From Phoronis australis (taxonomy: Eukaryota > Animalia > Phoronida): 64,000 nucleotides of DNA. Shown piece by piece: positions 26,501 through 39,500 of the stretch. Where the stretch lies: contig NMRA01000172.1 in NCBI GenBank assembly GCA_002633005.1, positions 65,825 to 129,824 of the forward strand, given 5' to 3'. Under the pieces are notes generated by a model. It had not been told where the DNA came from and did no database searches. It worked only from the letters and a program-made list of their open reading frames with translations. Position 1 is the stretch's first letter. Every line of letters starts with the position of its first letter. The position numbers and the translations under genes were made by a program.

Positions 26501-27702
26501 GCAACTTGGCATTAAAGCCATTTTTTGCATTTTTTGGTAAAAGGAAGTCATTTTAAATGAATTGTCTCACAGCAAAGGATACCTTTTAAATTTGTAAAAA
26601 TGTTAGTCAAGCCTCCGTGTTAACTTGAGTTTGGTTGAGAAACATGGGGTGATTCATACACAAAGTTCTCTGATGTTGTAGGCTGCAGAAATGTTGCTGG
26701 GTGGCCGAAAGTTGACGGCAATCGAGGCCTATCAAGTGGGCCTGGTGTCGCAAGTGTTCTGGCCTACAAGTATGATGCAGGAAGTCATACCGCGCGTCTG
26801 TAACATGGCCTCTTTTTCAGCTAAGGTAGGTCCACACTGCATGCTGTCAAAATAAGTGTTGTAAGACATTATTTTTGCGAGCACACCCTTCTATGGTTTT
26901 GTATGTATTAAGTCTGCCTGATGTTGCTGGAAAGGACTGCATACTGTTACTGAGCATAGAAAACTTTGATTCTAAAGTGCTCGGAATTTCCCCAATTTTG
27001 CAATAAGAAAGAAAATATATTGCTGTTTATTTCGACACCTGTGTGCTCTAACATCTCTTCCCTTGAGCAAAATAGCTTGTCTTCAGAGAACAGTACATGG
27101 ATCTCTTTCAAACACCTGTGAGTCACAAATTGTTAGATTGACTCCTGGGCTTAACACAAATCCTGGAGCATTGCAACTCAACTTTGAATAAGGGTGCGCC
27201 ATTGGAGATTTGAAATATTCTCTTGAAAAGTATAGTTTTATGCATCTGTGGAATTCATTCCCTGTCCAGATACTACCTCATGTTTTTTTCTTGAAAATTT
27301 GGCACAGTGGTATTTTATGTAGCTGAAAGTTATCCTAGCCCAGCGTTGATTGGCCAATAATAGGCTTTAGAAAGATCAATCCTGTTTGCTCCAAAAGAGT
27401 CCCCAGTGATTGGCGCATAACCAGTCACAGGGAACACATTGAAAATTAGCACGCTGGCTCTTATTTGATTTAGAGAAACCTCGCAAGCACTCGAGCCATT
27501 TCTGGCTTCTTGCCATGTAAGACAGTTTGGTCATTTTCAGGCACTGGAAGCTACAAAGCTGCTCATTCGTGGTCACCAGAAGTCCAAGCTGGAATACACC
27601 AATGAAAGCGAGTGTAACTTACTCATTGACATGTGGGCTGCCCCAGAGTGTCACAAGGCTATCCAGAATTACCTAGAAGATGAGAATGATATCTTGTTCT
27701 GA
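14494..27702 (+). CDS. CDYL: Chromodomain Y-like protein (chromodomain + basic/Ser-Pro linker + crotonase/CoA-pocket domain), 7 exons, ~655 aa
   Basis: Exons: 14494-14520 (MAEEDCVYE), 16537-17323, 21886-22358, 23025-23188, 25155-25365, 26682-26825, 27541-27702. Frame is continuous (1968 nt). Chromodomain YEVDQVLGRR..YLIRWKNFDSSWDTWEPVENL; CDY-type YKEIVVKK, FCSGIDL, FPKPIVAAVNGPAIGLGVAILPLCDIVYA, GLVSQVFWP. An extra exon could be hidden in the N gap. Confidence 0.93.
16537..17323 (+). CDS. CDYL: CDYL exon 2 (chromodomain and Lys-rich linker)
   Basis: ttgcag|VDQVLGRRILQGKCEYLIRWKNFDSSWDTWEP...IVRP G|gtaag. Confidence 0.92.
18013..18098. repeat. 17-bp tandem repeat, ~5 copies
   Basis: Variants of ctccgcgctcaaaatgg. 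Confidence 0.8.
18568..19274. other. Assembly gap (N run) in CDYL intron 2
   Basis: Run of n characters. Confidence 0.99.
19275..19387. repeat. 27-bp minisatellite emerging from the N gap (18568-19274)
   Basis: Unit gtgaacaatgaggtactggtgtaattg, ~4 copies visible; the gap is probably the collapsed remainder. Confidence 0.9.
20666..20778. repeat. ~50-bp tandem duplication
   Basis: tacctaagtccctgaata..ttactaact..accagtatgtacgtcgggtac occurs twice. Confidence 0.75.
21886..22358 (+). CDS. CDYL: CDYL exon 3 (Ser/Pro-rich linker and start of crotonase domain)
   Basis: tacag|..ARLPQTP...SIRQSESSFKYKEIVVKKFKWYTQIWLFTNTQMRNALNPN|gtgag. Confidence 0.88.
23025..23188 (+). CDS. CDYL: CDYL exon 4
   Basis: VFRELISALNNAKYDDSKLVMLSGSGNTFCSGIDLNYLTTGDRKATAVEVANSLR. 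Confidence 0.92.
25155..25365 (+). CDS. CDYL: CDYL exon 5
   Basis: EFMNTILSFPKPIVAAVNGPAIGLGVAILPLCDIVYASDKASFYMPYARLAQTPEGCASLTLGQVVGQAM. Confidence 0.93.
26682..26825 (+). CDS. CDYL: CDYL exon 6
   Basis: AAEMLLGGRKLTAIEAYQVGLVSQVFWPTSMMQEVIPRVCNMASFSAK. Confidence 0.93.
27541..27702 (+). CDS. CDYL: CDYL exon 7 (terminal)
   Basis: ALEATKLLIRGHQKSKLEYTNESECNLLIDMWAAPECHKAIQNYLEDENDILF*. Confidence 0.92.
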   Translation, partial: ALEATKLLIRGHQKSKLEYTNESECNLLIDMWAAPECHKAIQNYLEDENDILF

Positions 27703-28734
27703 AGTACCTTTCAAGTCTGGCTATCTGGTGACGCATCACAAAAGTCATCAAACTTTACCAACCAATGTTTGTTACTGCATTTAATTTTTATTAATGACTT
27801 GTGACCTGTTAGTGAAATTGCCGCTCAATCTTTTTCTTTATTCTGTGATACAGAAGACTGGGGTAGTATAAAATTAAAGAGTGCAAAGTGTTTGTTACAT
27901 CAGGAAAAACATGCTTACTCAGTTAAGAAGGTAATTGTTTTCACAAAAACCTGTTAATATCTGTTAATAGATGCTAAGACAGTTCCATGTGCTCTCCATA
28001 CAAAAGAGAAACGCACAAATTTGTGATCACAAAACTGACAAAAATTATTTAAAACTTAATGATTTTGTTTTACATACTGTTTAGGGTGAAATTTTACATG
28101 GTCATTTTACCATGCTTTGCACATTAGGAAAAACTGCCAAAATTGCTGCCAATTTTATATTTTCCGAAGACTGCAAACAATGGTAACTTAATAACCAAAT
28201 GTTGTTTTATTTTTAACATCTTCACAGTACAAGGCAGTCTACTATGAGGCTGAAAATTTTTAAACTTTATTTTTGTGCACTAAATAGGCAAAGAGTTATC
28301 AGAACTTACAGTAAGAGTTAAACTTCTTTATTATTTTCTAAACCTATGATGTGTAAATTTATAAATAACTTTCAAGTACAAAGTTGACAGTATCGATTTG
28401 TGAACCTCAGATAGTCGAAACATCTACTCATCAGCTGTGTGTCAGTATTCCTGTTTTCTCGATGTGTACACTGTGTTGTAATTATTTAATTTTTTTACTG
28501 TGTTTATTGATGTGGCTGGTTGTTGCAAGTGGACAACCAAGCTAGTATAATCTCCTGTTCCCTAGATCGGGTTAGGAACCCCTGCCCTATCCTTATACTG
28601 GTGTCTAGTGTCACCATCTTGGATTGTCACTAGTGACATCTATCCACACATTGAAAAACCATGTACAGTCTTAAAAATTTGAACCTTCTGTAAAGGTGCT
28701 ATCAGTTTTCCAGGGTATGCAGTCACTTATAGCT

Positions 28735-28967
28735 ACAGTAAAAATTCTTCAATTTGGGACCAAATTAATTATTAAAATTGCCACACTTCTATTTTTCAAA
28801 GGCTTAACACATTGTTGCAAATAATCAAAAATTTGCCAAATGTTTTTTAACAGTTACACCATGCAAACTACTAAATTTTCCTGAAAGGTTTTTTTTTTGA
28901 GAAATTTGACAAAATGAAATTTCACCTGTCCGCCATATTGTTTTCTAAAATGAAGAATTTTTACCGT
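28735..28967. mobile_element. TA-flanked MITE (Tc1/mariner-like); relatives at ~43075-43311, ~15590-15800 and ~34030-34250
   Basis: tacagtaaaaattctt ... aagaatttttaccgta inverted termini; shared internal tttcacctgtccgccatattg-like text among the copies. Confidence 0.6.
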
Positions 28968-31061
28968 ACTCTGCGTATTTATTTGACGCAAGGAAATTGT
29001 GTTTGTTCTGTTTTTGTTAGTTTGTTGCAATGTTTGCTGTGGAATCAATATTTACTGTTACTGGTTTGATGCCTTTAACAGGTCATTGTTTTATTTATTA
29101 TGTTTTTGTAGTAGCTTTTGACTATTTATTGTATTCATGAATGCAACATGTTAAAGCTAGTGACTTTGTCCCTCACCTATTGGTATTCTATGTTTATAGA
29201 CGGTTGTTCAGCTAGCATCGGCACCCTCTAGGCTCTAGCACCGTCTAATTCACTGCATGAAGTTTACAACCTTTCTCAGCCAAATTAGTCTCGGCCTTGT
29301 TATTTGACGAGTCTCGCCTATCGATTCTTGAGAGTATCTTTACTGTGCCACAAGAATGTAATTTGCATAATGGGGATAGAACAGCGCCATCTGTTGTTTT
29401 TACTCAGTAAAAAGTATATGTTATCGGTAGACAAGCTTAGAGGTGTAGAATTACATAGTTTAAGATTTTAGAACTTTTAGTTTTTACTGGTTCCATTGGT
29501 TTGCTTGGTGCTACTTTAGAACTGCAGCAGTGTTTTGTGATATTGTGTTGTTTGGTGTTGTTTAGAAGGAAATTAAATGCCAAGAAGTAAATACTTTATT
29601 CTACATAATATTAAGCATATAACCCTTAAAATAATTGTATTATAGAAATTGGAACATCAAGTAAAAGTAAATATAAATATTGAAGACAAAAGTGCTGTTT
29701 GTTTATGTTTACATGGATGATCTGCACTTTTGGCAAGGAGACAAAACTTGGGAAGACGTGATTAACCTAAGCTATACTTCAACAATACAGTCACGGTCAA
29801 GTTTTATACTTGGATACGACCTGCATGCCAATTTTGGAAAATATTTTCTAGTCTACAAACTGGCAATATGGATTTTGAGTAAAGACGAAAGTTAGCAATG
29901 AGTAGAATGCTGAGGAAATATTTGCAAAAAATGTACTTGGATTTAAAGCGGGGAAGACTGCTTTGTGTAAAAGAAACTGAATTATGGTTTAAATCACTCA
30001 CCCTTATAGAATTGGACTTTACTTATTCCTTACTCAGATGAGAAGTTATTTTGATCTTAGATTTAACAGCTTGCTATTTATCCTCGACCAGTTTCATCCA
30101 AATGTACGGGCAGGCATCGTGAGAATGACTTTGTTGTAACAAAACTCACACACACAATGCCAAGCAGACACCAGGGTCATCAGTAAGGTGCAACTTAGTA
30201 AAGAATCGTGCACATGTAGGATCATGCTAAATGACAAATCAAAAATGCACGTGTCTTGAGGTAAGTGGGCAAAATGCTTTAACTTAGAGATGGTTGTAAA
30301 TCTCAGTTGTCATCAGATAACCAACCTTTTTAATTTGACTGGAGAGTTCACAGCTGGGGTTTACCAAGGTCACTGTCTGACAGCAGATCCCTTTAAGCAA
30401 ACATATCGGTTTTATGGTACTGCCTATTACAAAAACTGTTTCATTATCCCTAGTTGGTTTTGCGTAGTTGTGCCCAAAATGAAGGTATGGCTTTTGCATC
30501 TATTGCCATCATTCTTTCAACACATTAAAATTGTTATTTTGCTCATCACTGTATGAAAACATAAGGTGCTATATGCTTTATCTTGAACTGCAAAATGTTG
30601 AAGCCAGTGAACTAAGTCTAAAAAATAACCTACTAGAAAGTAAAAGGAACAAATAAACTGCACTTCATGTGAACATGACAAATATGGCAAGCATAAACAA
30701 GATTTGAATGAAAACTTACGTCAAGTTTTTTGCAGACGTTATGACTACAAAAGCCATGCTCCTGTGCTTGCTATACAGATTATTTAGCTTCAAATGAGCC
30801 CAGAACAGTGAGAAACTTTGGACCATAAGTGAACTAATGATAACTTAATTTTTCACACATTTAATAAGTTTTATTGCAGTACAATAATAAGAACGATAGT
30901 GGTTCTAACAACCTAATTTGAATATTAAGTGATGAACAGAATTACATAATTCACAACCATATTTCAAAGTTACATGAGACAATATTGTGTTAAATAAATA
31001 TGTTCTAAAAGGACTAAAATCCATAGTCATATACAAATGTAGTGAAATATATCAGACTTCA

Positions 31062-31502
31062 CCAGTGGCTGGTTGCAGAAACAGTCCCAAATAGGGACTC
31101 AACTAAGATCCCTAAGTCCTTTTGCGAATTTGTGTCTGTATGGACTCACGGACGTAATATTTTTATATCATCTCATCTTTATTATGATCTCCTCTTTGAC
31201 ATTTTCTCATAATATACAGTGTAACTAAACATTGAGCCCAGAGTTAATTGAAAATAAATAGGGACTCAATCCTTAAATCGGTGGTGTTGCATGAAAAGAT
31301 CCCTAATTATTTTCGATAATATTGACAATTCAACGTAGAGCTCACTCTCGATTTGTGTCAAAGTTAAAAGTTGACTTAGTAATGAAACTAAAACAATACA
31401 AGAAAGGGCAGTCGATGTTTTCACAAGTCCAAAGATACGCAGTAGATTTAGGGACCTTAGTTGAGTCCCTGTTTGGGACTGTTTCATGCAACCGGGCACT
31501 GG
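31062..31502. mobile_element. MITE with ~55-bp terminal inverted repeats
   Basis: ccagtggctggttgcagaaacagtcccaaatagggactcaactaagatccctaa pairs with ttagggaccttagttgagtccctgtttgggactgtttcatgcaaccgggcactgg. Confidence 0.75.
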
Positions 31503-33508
31503 AGTCTTGTTTCATGAAAGTGACTTAAGACATAAGACAGACGTCTGGTCCTCACTCTTCCACTTCACACCTGCTGAGAATGGTTAAGTCAAGTAACTAT
31601 GAGCACATCTAGAAATAATTAATAAAATATATCCAAGTAACAAGCAGTTGTCTGCCCGGTATATTTCCCGAGACTTTGCGCTTTTGCGAGATTTAATTAT
31701 TTTTCATAATTAGTTACATGGCGTGTAAGACCATACTTCTGACTATATAAGTCTTCAGTAACCTTTCAGGACACCATGGGTAGGTTTATCGAGCCTATTC
31801 TTTCTGGCAGTAAGTGGCCAGAAATAAAACACACAACATAAAATTCTACAGTGTGTTCAGAACAAAGCAACAGCTGCTTGATTTAATCTCAAATTTATTT
31901 CGCTAAGAAGACAGAGTTTACAAAGACGAAATTTCTTTCATATATGGATATCCTGTGACGCTGATCAGCTCTGCGTGAAAGTCATTAGAACACCCTACAC
32001 CACATATTACACTAGTTTTTGGTGGTGGCACGATGACAGCAACGAATTCAAATTTTTAAAAATAAGCAGTGTTTCAAACTCTCACTGTTTCAAATCTCTG
32101 ATATGAGAACAGAGCTGAACAATAAGGCAACATCATCTCACGAAAACGTGGGTCACTGGCACGTGAAAAGATGACTAGCAGCTGACTAGCACTTTAAGTC
32201 AGTGGCGGCCATTTTGAAGACAAGAGTTGTAAGAATGTCTGACATCTCATCAAAGGGTAACAAAATCTAAGAATGGACTAAAGTGTAATTCCATCAAACA
32301 TGTAAGAAACAAACCTTACTGCATGTTTATTGCCTAGGTTTCAATCAGCAACTAATAGTGCAACAACTTCGTGATAATGACAGTCGTTACCACCTCGAGG
32401 ATAAAAACTACTACGAAAAGTCTATAAGATTCTGATGCAAACACTCTTAAAACTGGCCAGTATATAATAAATAAAAAATAGTGATCGTAGTTTACAGTGG
32501 CCTTATCACAAACAATGCACTCTAGAAAATAACATGCCATGTAATTTTGAACAATATAAACAAAATTATTGAATAATGGGAGACTAATTACATACGTGTT
32601 TGTTAAAGGGGAGCATTCATTATGAGGACACTTTATTTATGGTGTGGCGCCACATTCAAAACCTAAACTACTCTTCTCATGACATTTAGCATGATGTGTC
32701 TAGATGCACCTAAAAGTCCTTAATTGTAGGCCATTATAGGAAAACGTTTGTTCACCATAATCATATGCTTAGCTTTAAAACAATTTTATTCAATACCATG
32801 TCATTTTAGCACTGCTATGTTTTAATAAACTATCACAATCGGAATTCATTCCATAACAAGTTAAAACTTTATGTCCCAAAGCACTAAAAGTGTCACGGAA
32901 CCAGCCTGTTTTATTAAAATGACAGCCATATTGCTTTTGCATTAAAAATATCTCATTTATACAACCAGCAACAACATCTGCCATGCAACGATTTGCGCGT
33001 AAATAATTATGTTTATTAAGCTTTCGTCATCACCTTCATGTAGATCTCTTATTTAGTTACAAATGCAGACGACATCGGTTTCCAAATCCAAATATCAATC
33101 AAGTCCTTTGCTAGGTGTTCGTGCAGTCTTTTGTCTCACATAATGACTTGAAACCAAACGTCTACCCCAACTGATGATGTCAGCAGTTCTTGTGCAAATC
33201 TATTGACACAACACAAAGTATGATGAAATGCACAGAGTTTCTGAAGGGGCATAAAATGACAATGTTGAAGTCTAACTAATTGAATTCAGCCTTCAGCAAT
33301 GATTTGCCAGCAATTCTTAATCACACTTCTATTCTGCTTAAGGCTACAACTTGAGACTACATTACCTGTAGTCTTGAAAGTAAGTGTTTTACTTCAAAAA
33401 TTGTCGAAAGCATGTGCACCATTAAGACTTCAATGATTAATATTCGTTTTCAAACAGAGAACACAGCTTTAGGACCAACAAACATTCAGCTGCCTAAAAC
33501 CATAAGCA

Positions 33509-36500
33509 TCACGTGCTGCCATCTAGTGCCAATGAAGTGTGACCACCATCTTGAATCTCTTTCTTGGATACAAAGTCTATGAGGCTGCTTGCCAAATGCT
33601 GTCGGTTCACTTTATCAATGAAAGACTTCCCTGTTTAGTGAAATAAAAAGTGAAAAATAATCAACAAGAATGTTCATTTTGTACACACTCAACAAATCTT
33701 TAATTTAGGTAGCCCTTTCTGTAATAATGTCATGTCTACATTAATGTGGACATTTCATAGTATTTTTCAGTCAGTGTGCAATAAACATGCCTTTTGTCAA
33801 AAAATAACTTTCATTTACTACCATAAAACTAAAGTGTAAATGGAATGCCATTTTCAAAAGAATTCATGTTTTTCTAAGTTTGAATAATGGCTAACAAGGA
33901 TTTTTGTAATAGCATAATAAACTATCTCTACAAAATCAAGCAACAAGTCATGGTTTAAGAAATACTAAATTCAATCTCAAACATCCAAATCAATGTAACT
34001 GGTACGTCAGCCAATCATTCAAAAATGCATAAAAATAATGGTAATTTTGGCAAAAAATAATTGCCGACATTGACCCTTTTTATTTTTTAAACTTAATGCT
34101 TTTACATTGTTATCAAGATATTGTCAGATAGCAGCTACAGTGCAGTATTCAACAATGACAAAACATTGACATAGTGCTACAGAATTATCTTCTATGAAAA
34201 CAAAATTTCACTTTTTCACCATATTGTGTTCTAAATTGACAAAATTTTAGTATAACCCAACTTGAAAAGTACTGACCATCCCAACTGAACGACTTGAGTA
34301 ACTCCTGCACATCCCCATTGCCAGAGTCACAGTCTTCCGCTCTGGCCACAAGATCATTTAGTTCACTCTGACTCTCTTCATCAGCTAAAGTAAATTAAAA
34401 ATGCACGTCTCAATCTCTGGTGTCATACAACAAAAATATCAAAGAATTAAAAAATTCCAACCAAATTTGCTGATTAACCATTTCACAAATTAATAATTTT
34501 GTTAATGAAAACATCGATGGATATAAACCTGCTTAACATGTGCTGCTACTTGCTATCATGGAGATTTCACAAATTCATGTTACCTAGTTGCGTGTCAATT
34601 AATATTTCATTAAAAATAACTGAATGAAAACTAATACACAAAACGAATAACAACAAATAACAGATATTAAAAATACCTTAAGGCCTAATTACATTGTCAC
34701 AGCATGTAAGTAACGCTGAAAGTTAAGTTCACTAATTATGAATGAAATCATGTATTACAAAGTACCCTGGGTTTAAGAAGCTTACACAAAACTAGTTTAT
34801 TATGACAGCAATGTTTACAATTACGTAAATCTCAAGATGTACAGTACTAAGTGAATGCAATCTATGTTTGACTGGTGACCCCGATGGCTCAGTGAACAAG
34901 AGCATCCTGTACAGTTACCAGAAGGTCCCGGGCTCGAGTCCTGATCGGGAGTAGATACCTTCAGTTTTCAGACTTATGTTCATAAGGTCACATGATGTGG
35001 CCAACAAATGGCGTGCTGATCAGACTTGAAAATAATTAATGTTATGCTATATTGGTTGCTTACATTGAGAAGTGGACACACAGAACTTGATGACATCTTT
35101 CAGTCGTTTCACAACCATATCACCTGACGATTGTTTACGAGGTGGTTCCTCTATGGCACGACTCTCTACAGTATTAGACCTGGTGAAAAAGCAGAGTTAG
35201 AAATGAGCACAGTAAAAGGAAGAACAATTGCTCCGACTATTGAGGTTCACTGAAAAATGCTTGAGCAAAATGAGAATCCAAAAGGTAAATTCCTACATAA
35301 CCAAAGAATATCTTTAATAACTTTTTAAGCATTAATAACCCAATTTCAAAAACCATCGATGACCACACAATCTTATCGTGTGCAAAAATAATGTCAAGAT
35401 GTTGGTAATCACATGATGGCATTTTTTCTAAAAGTGCGATTGTTCATGGAGGTTGGCGTATTTTTCATGAACATGAATTTTTTTGCATTAAACTTGCAAA
35501 TTCCCTAGCTTTATGCTATTAGCTACAAAAGCATGCCTGTGATTTTTCTAATAAGGCCTTATAGCTTGAAACATTCACTGTCAAAAATAGCGACATCAAC
35601 ATGAAATAAACGAAGTCTTGATTTTTGACAAGTCAAGCTCCAAATCACACAGGAGGTCTAGATGTGGAAAGTACTTGCCGAAGACAAGTAATAATTTATC
35701 CCACATAATGAGCTATACATTCTACAAAAAACATGAAAACATCCAGATTTCTTTGTGCTTGATGTCGGCCATCTCTAAGTAGCCCAGTGGATCAAACTCC
35801 AAATAATGAGCTTACAAAGAGCATTGCAGAATTCCCGTCATATTTTCCTGCCGAATTATAACCTCCCACAGGAAATAACAGTTGCTGTTTATACAGTATG
35901 ACTTATTACAGCCTTGTATTGGAGGAAAAATAGTTTTATGGGTCTACTATTACAACTTTAAACTTTGTTTAAGAAATTTGATACTCAGTAACAATAAGGT
36001 AGCCAACACCTTGTAAACAACCAAACATCTTCAAGAAAAGTGGTCACCTTCTGATCTGTCGTTACAATGACGTAAAACTAAAGGCTGACAAATAAAAATA
36101 CACCAAATACTGAATGCTTTAAGAACGCACAAAGATATTCCAGAATTGACATTATCAAAAGTTTTATGAAACCTACTGTTTTTGGCCAAGCCCAATCTTC
36201 CTCAAACAAACCACTTAAAAAATAACGTGGCTTTCGCTTCTTGAATAGCAGCACTGCACATGGGTGAATTTGGGATGGCCTAAAATACATTGTCAGCATC
36301 TTGTATTTAGGATTTATGTGAATGCCTGCCCCCAATACAACCTAGATTGGCCAGTGCAACATGAGGAATAAATACGACTCCTACAGTGAATCTAAACTTG
36401 GTATACCTGCTCTTCCTCTTCTTCAGTATTGGGTTATTGGCAGTCTTGAGAGGTTTGAGTGACAACTGAATATCAGGCATCCTCATGTTAGTCAGCTGCC

Positions 36501-39500
36501 TAGAGTGGCTCTCTCGTGCATCTTCTAACATATTCTGTGAGAATACGAAGGGATGTCAGTAAGTGTAAAATGCAGGTTTGGCTTCAAGTGCAAATTTTTG
36601 ACTTAAGCAGGTTCAACACAGTTTGGAGTGATCAGACTCTTGTTTTGGTTCTATAGGTTTTGTTTACTAGCAGACAGCACTTGATTGACACAACTTAGAG
36701 GTCAGGTCATTGATTTGCTTACAACAGAATACATGATAACTTTCTAGAAGGTTCCAGTATATCAATGATTGACACAGATTTATAGTCTTGAACATTCTAG
36801 AGTGGGCAGATCTTTACAAGTTCTACAATGTGTTTGAATTGGTGAAAAGTTCCAAAACATTATAAGAGACTATACTCAGACACAAGTTAGTCTCAGACAT
36901 GAGTTAGTGAGAGTCAGTTACAATTACAAAGTCATCAGGTTACAGAATCAGCAGTTAAAGTATAGATCAACAGAGAGCCAGCAATAGAGACAGCAGATTA
37001 TTGAATCAACGAGTGTAACAGTTGCTGGAGGTGTCTCATAAATTCATCACAAGTCAAGGCTTCGTAGCACTGGCCGGAGCATAGAACAGATATTACGTCG
37101 GATGTTTTGTTTCTGTTCACTTGGTGAACATACGGTCACGATTAATAAAAATGATGAACTCAAACCAGTCTTTGGCCTATCATCGCACCGAAAACTATAT
37201 TAGTACTGGTCAGTAACCACCTGCGCCCACCCATCCGAATGAGCGAACATGACAGTCATTTTATGACATTTGCATGACGACAACCATGACCGCCATAAAC
37301 CCTCGATATCACCAACACAGATCAAAGTTACGTTTACATTATATGTGGAGTAAAGAAATCATCGCTTTGACTCCAATGGATGAAATTTGAAGCATGGTAC
37401 ATAACTGGCATACGACTGAGTCGGGATGCTGCACAATGACTGCAGAAACACTCAACAATGGAATAGATTGATATCTGAAATTGGAAAATGGTGCCATCTG
37501 TTGTCGAGTTCGATACTTAACTTACTTTATCTAAAATAATGGCTGGAGACTGAAGCTGGGTATCTGGTGCGTTATCTAACCATGGATGACTCAGTAGATC
37601 TTGTATAGACATTCTTTGACTGGGATCTACATTTAACAACCTGAATAAAATAATACTTTAATTGGTGATGTAAACAATAAAGAATGTTTCACAACTTTTC
37701 AGGCCAACACGAGATTGACACAATCCACAAACAGATAACAGAAAATGATCACTATCAATCACAGAAAGTAGGTAGTTGCAGTTAAAAAGGCAGAATTCAT
37801 TGCAGTTCTCTTCAAATGTGGCTGTAATTGGGGAATTTAGAAGAATTTTGAGAAGAAATGAGCAAGAGAGACATGATGGAACATTCAGTTTGGAAAGTGT
37901 CACAATGTCATGCGTGTTTTGCAAACATATAAAATTAAGGCAGTCGGTGAACGAGAGAAGTTTTGAAACTTTTCAAGATCTCTTTAATTGTTGCATGCTT
38001 ATAGACTTTCATCAGTTGTACTCATAATTTATGTTTCCTTCACCTTCTGTCTCTTTCAAGAAAAAAAATCAGAATTATTGAAATAGCACAATTTTAGTGT
38101 GTTTGATTTATATGTTCCATACTTCATTTTTATACTTTAATATCTCAAAAAAACATGTCAACTTTTGTCCAAAATCCCAGACAGCAACATGCCACCATGC
38201 ATCTATCTAGTACCTTTTAACGACATCCTTGGCTTGCTCTGATATGTGGCTCCAATCTTCAGCTGGGAACTGGTACTCTCCTGCCATGATCCTTTGTTTC
38301 ATATCACATGTCATTTGTCTGCTGGGAGTCTCTGAGTAAAATGGAGGGTACCCGCACAACATTATGTATACAATGACTCCCAGGCTCCACATATCACAAC
38401 TCTGTAATCAGTAAAGCAGACAATTAACAAGCTTGTCTACCGTGTTGTACTATGGGAAATGTTTATGTTGAAACCCGCACTACATTTCTTCTATTAAATG
38501 ATGTAGTTTTAGGCCTCAGATTATGTCATATGCCAGTCTATCAGCAAATGTTTAACACGGGAGTATTGTATTATGATTATCCACTTCAAACTACCAACTA
38601 TAAAGGCCCTTTCACACTAACTTAACTCCGGTATGAGGGGAGCGTCGATGTAAACTGTGCACTTAGTTGAACTGTTCATATCGCCTTTGGTAGTTAACGG
38701 ACTTTGAAGTACACCACAGGTGATGCTGTCATCATCAAAGTAATCGCGATAGTTGACCGATCATACTGCGTCTAAGCATCAATACTCTGCCCTAAATCCA
38801 CCTGTTTACTGCGAAGTTAACTGGCACTGTCAACTTCAAACTAAGACCAAAGTTAACCGTTCACACTGATCACAACTCCCCAAAACATTGATGGGTTGTT
38901 GTTAGTATGAAAGGGTGCTTGGTCTCCAGTGAAGCAAAAAATCTCCAACTTGTATAATATATACATGACAACGTTTGTTTTATTTTATTATACAAACTGC
39001 ATTTACCTCTTTCAAATGTGTGTAATATGTTAATACTAACTTAGGAGACTCTAGAAGATACAAAGTGTGCCTTCAAGGAGTACCACTAACAATTTAAAAG
39101 ACTTGAAAGGAACAAGGGTCAACTCTAGATTTTTACACCAGGTTGCACTAATGTGCATCGCACAATTGCAGTTAACACTGAATACAATATCCTTCCTAAT
39201 CACCACCCATAGTGTTAAAAGTGTTTCCAACATTTTTGCGCAGGACAATTAAAACCAAGTGGCATTCCTTGCTTGCACTTGCAGCAGACTTAAACTATTC
39301 AATCAGTATGGTTTAGGTATCCACAAAAATTTGCATTCAGCAGATAATTCTGCAGCTTTTGATATTGAAATGTATCAAATCTTTATGAGTAGGACATAGT
39401 ATATAACTGGCTTTAATGTAAAATGAAATGACACCGACTATAGATAATGACCTATAATGTCTCCAGAGAATACAGTAATTAAATGAAATTAAGTTAAATT

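Noticed and set aside
34878-34950. Functional tRNA gene
   Set aside because: The B box is imperfect (GGCTCGA) and the anticodon stem is not convincing; better treated as SINE-like.
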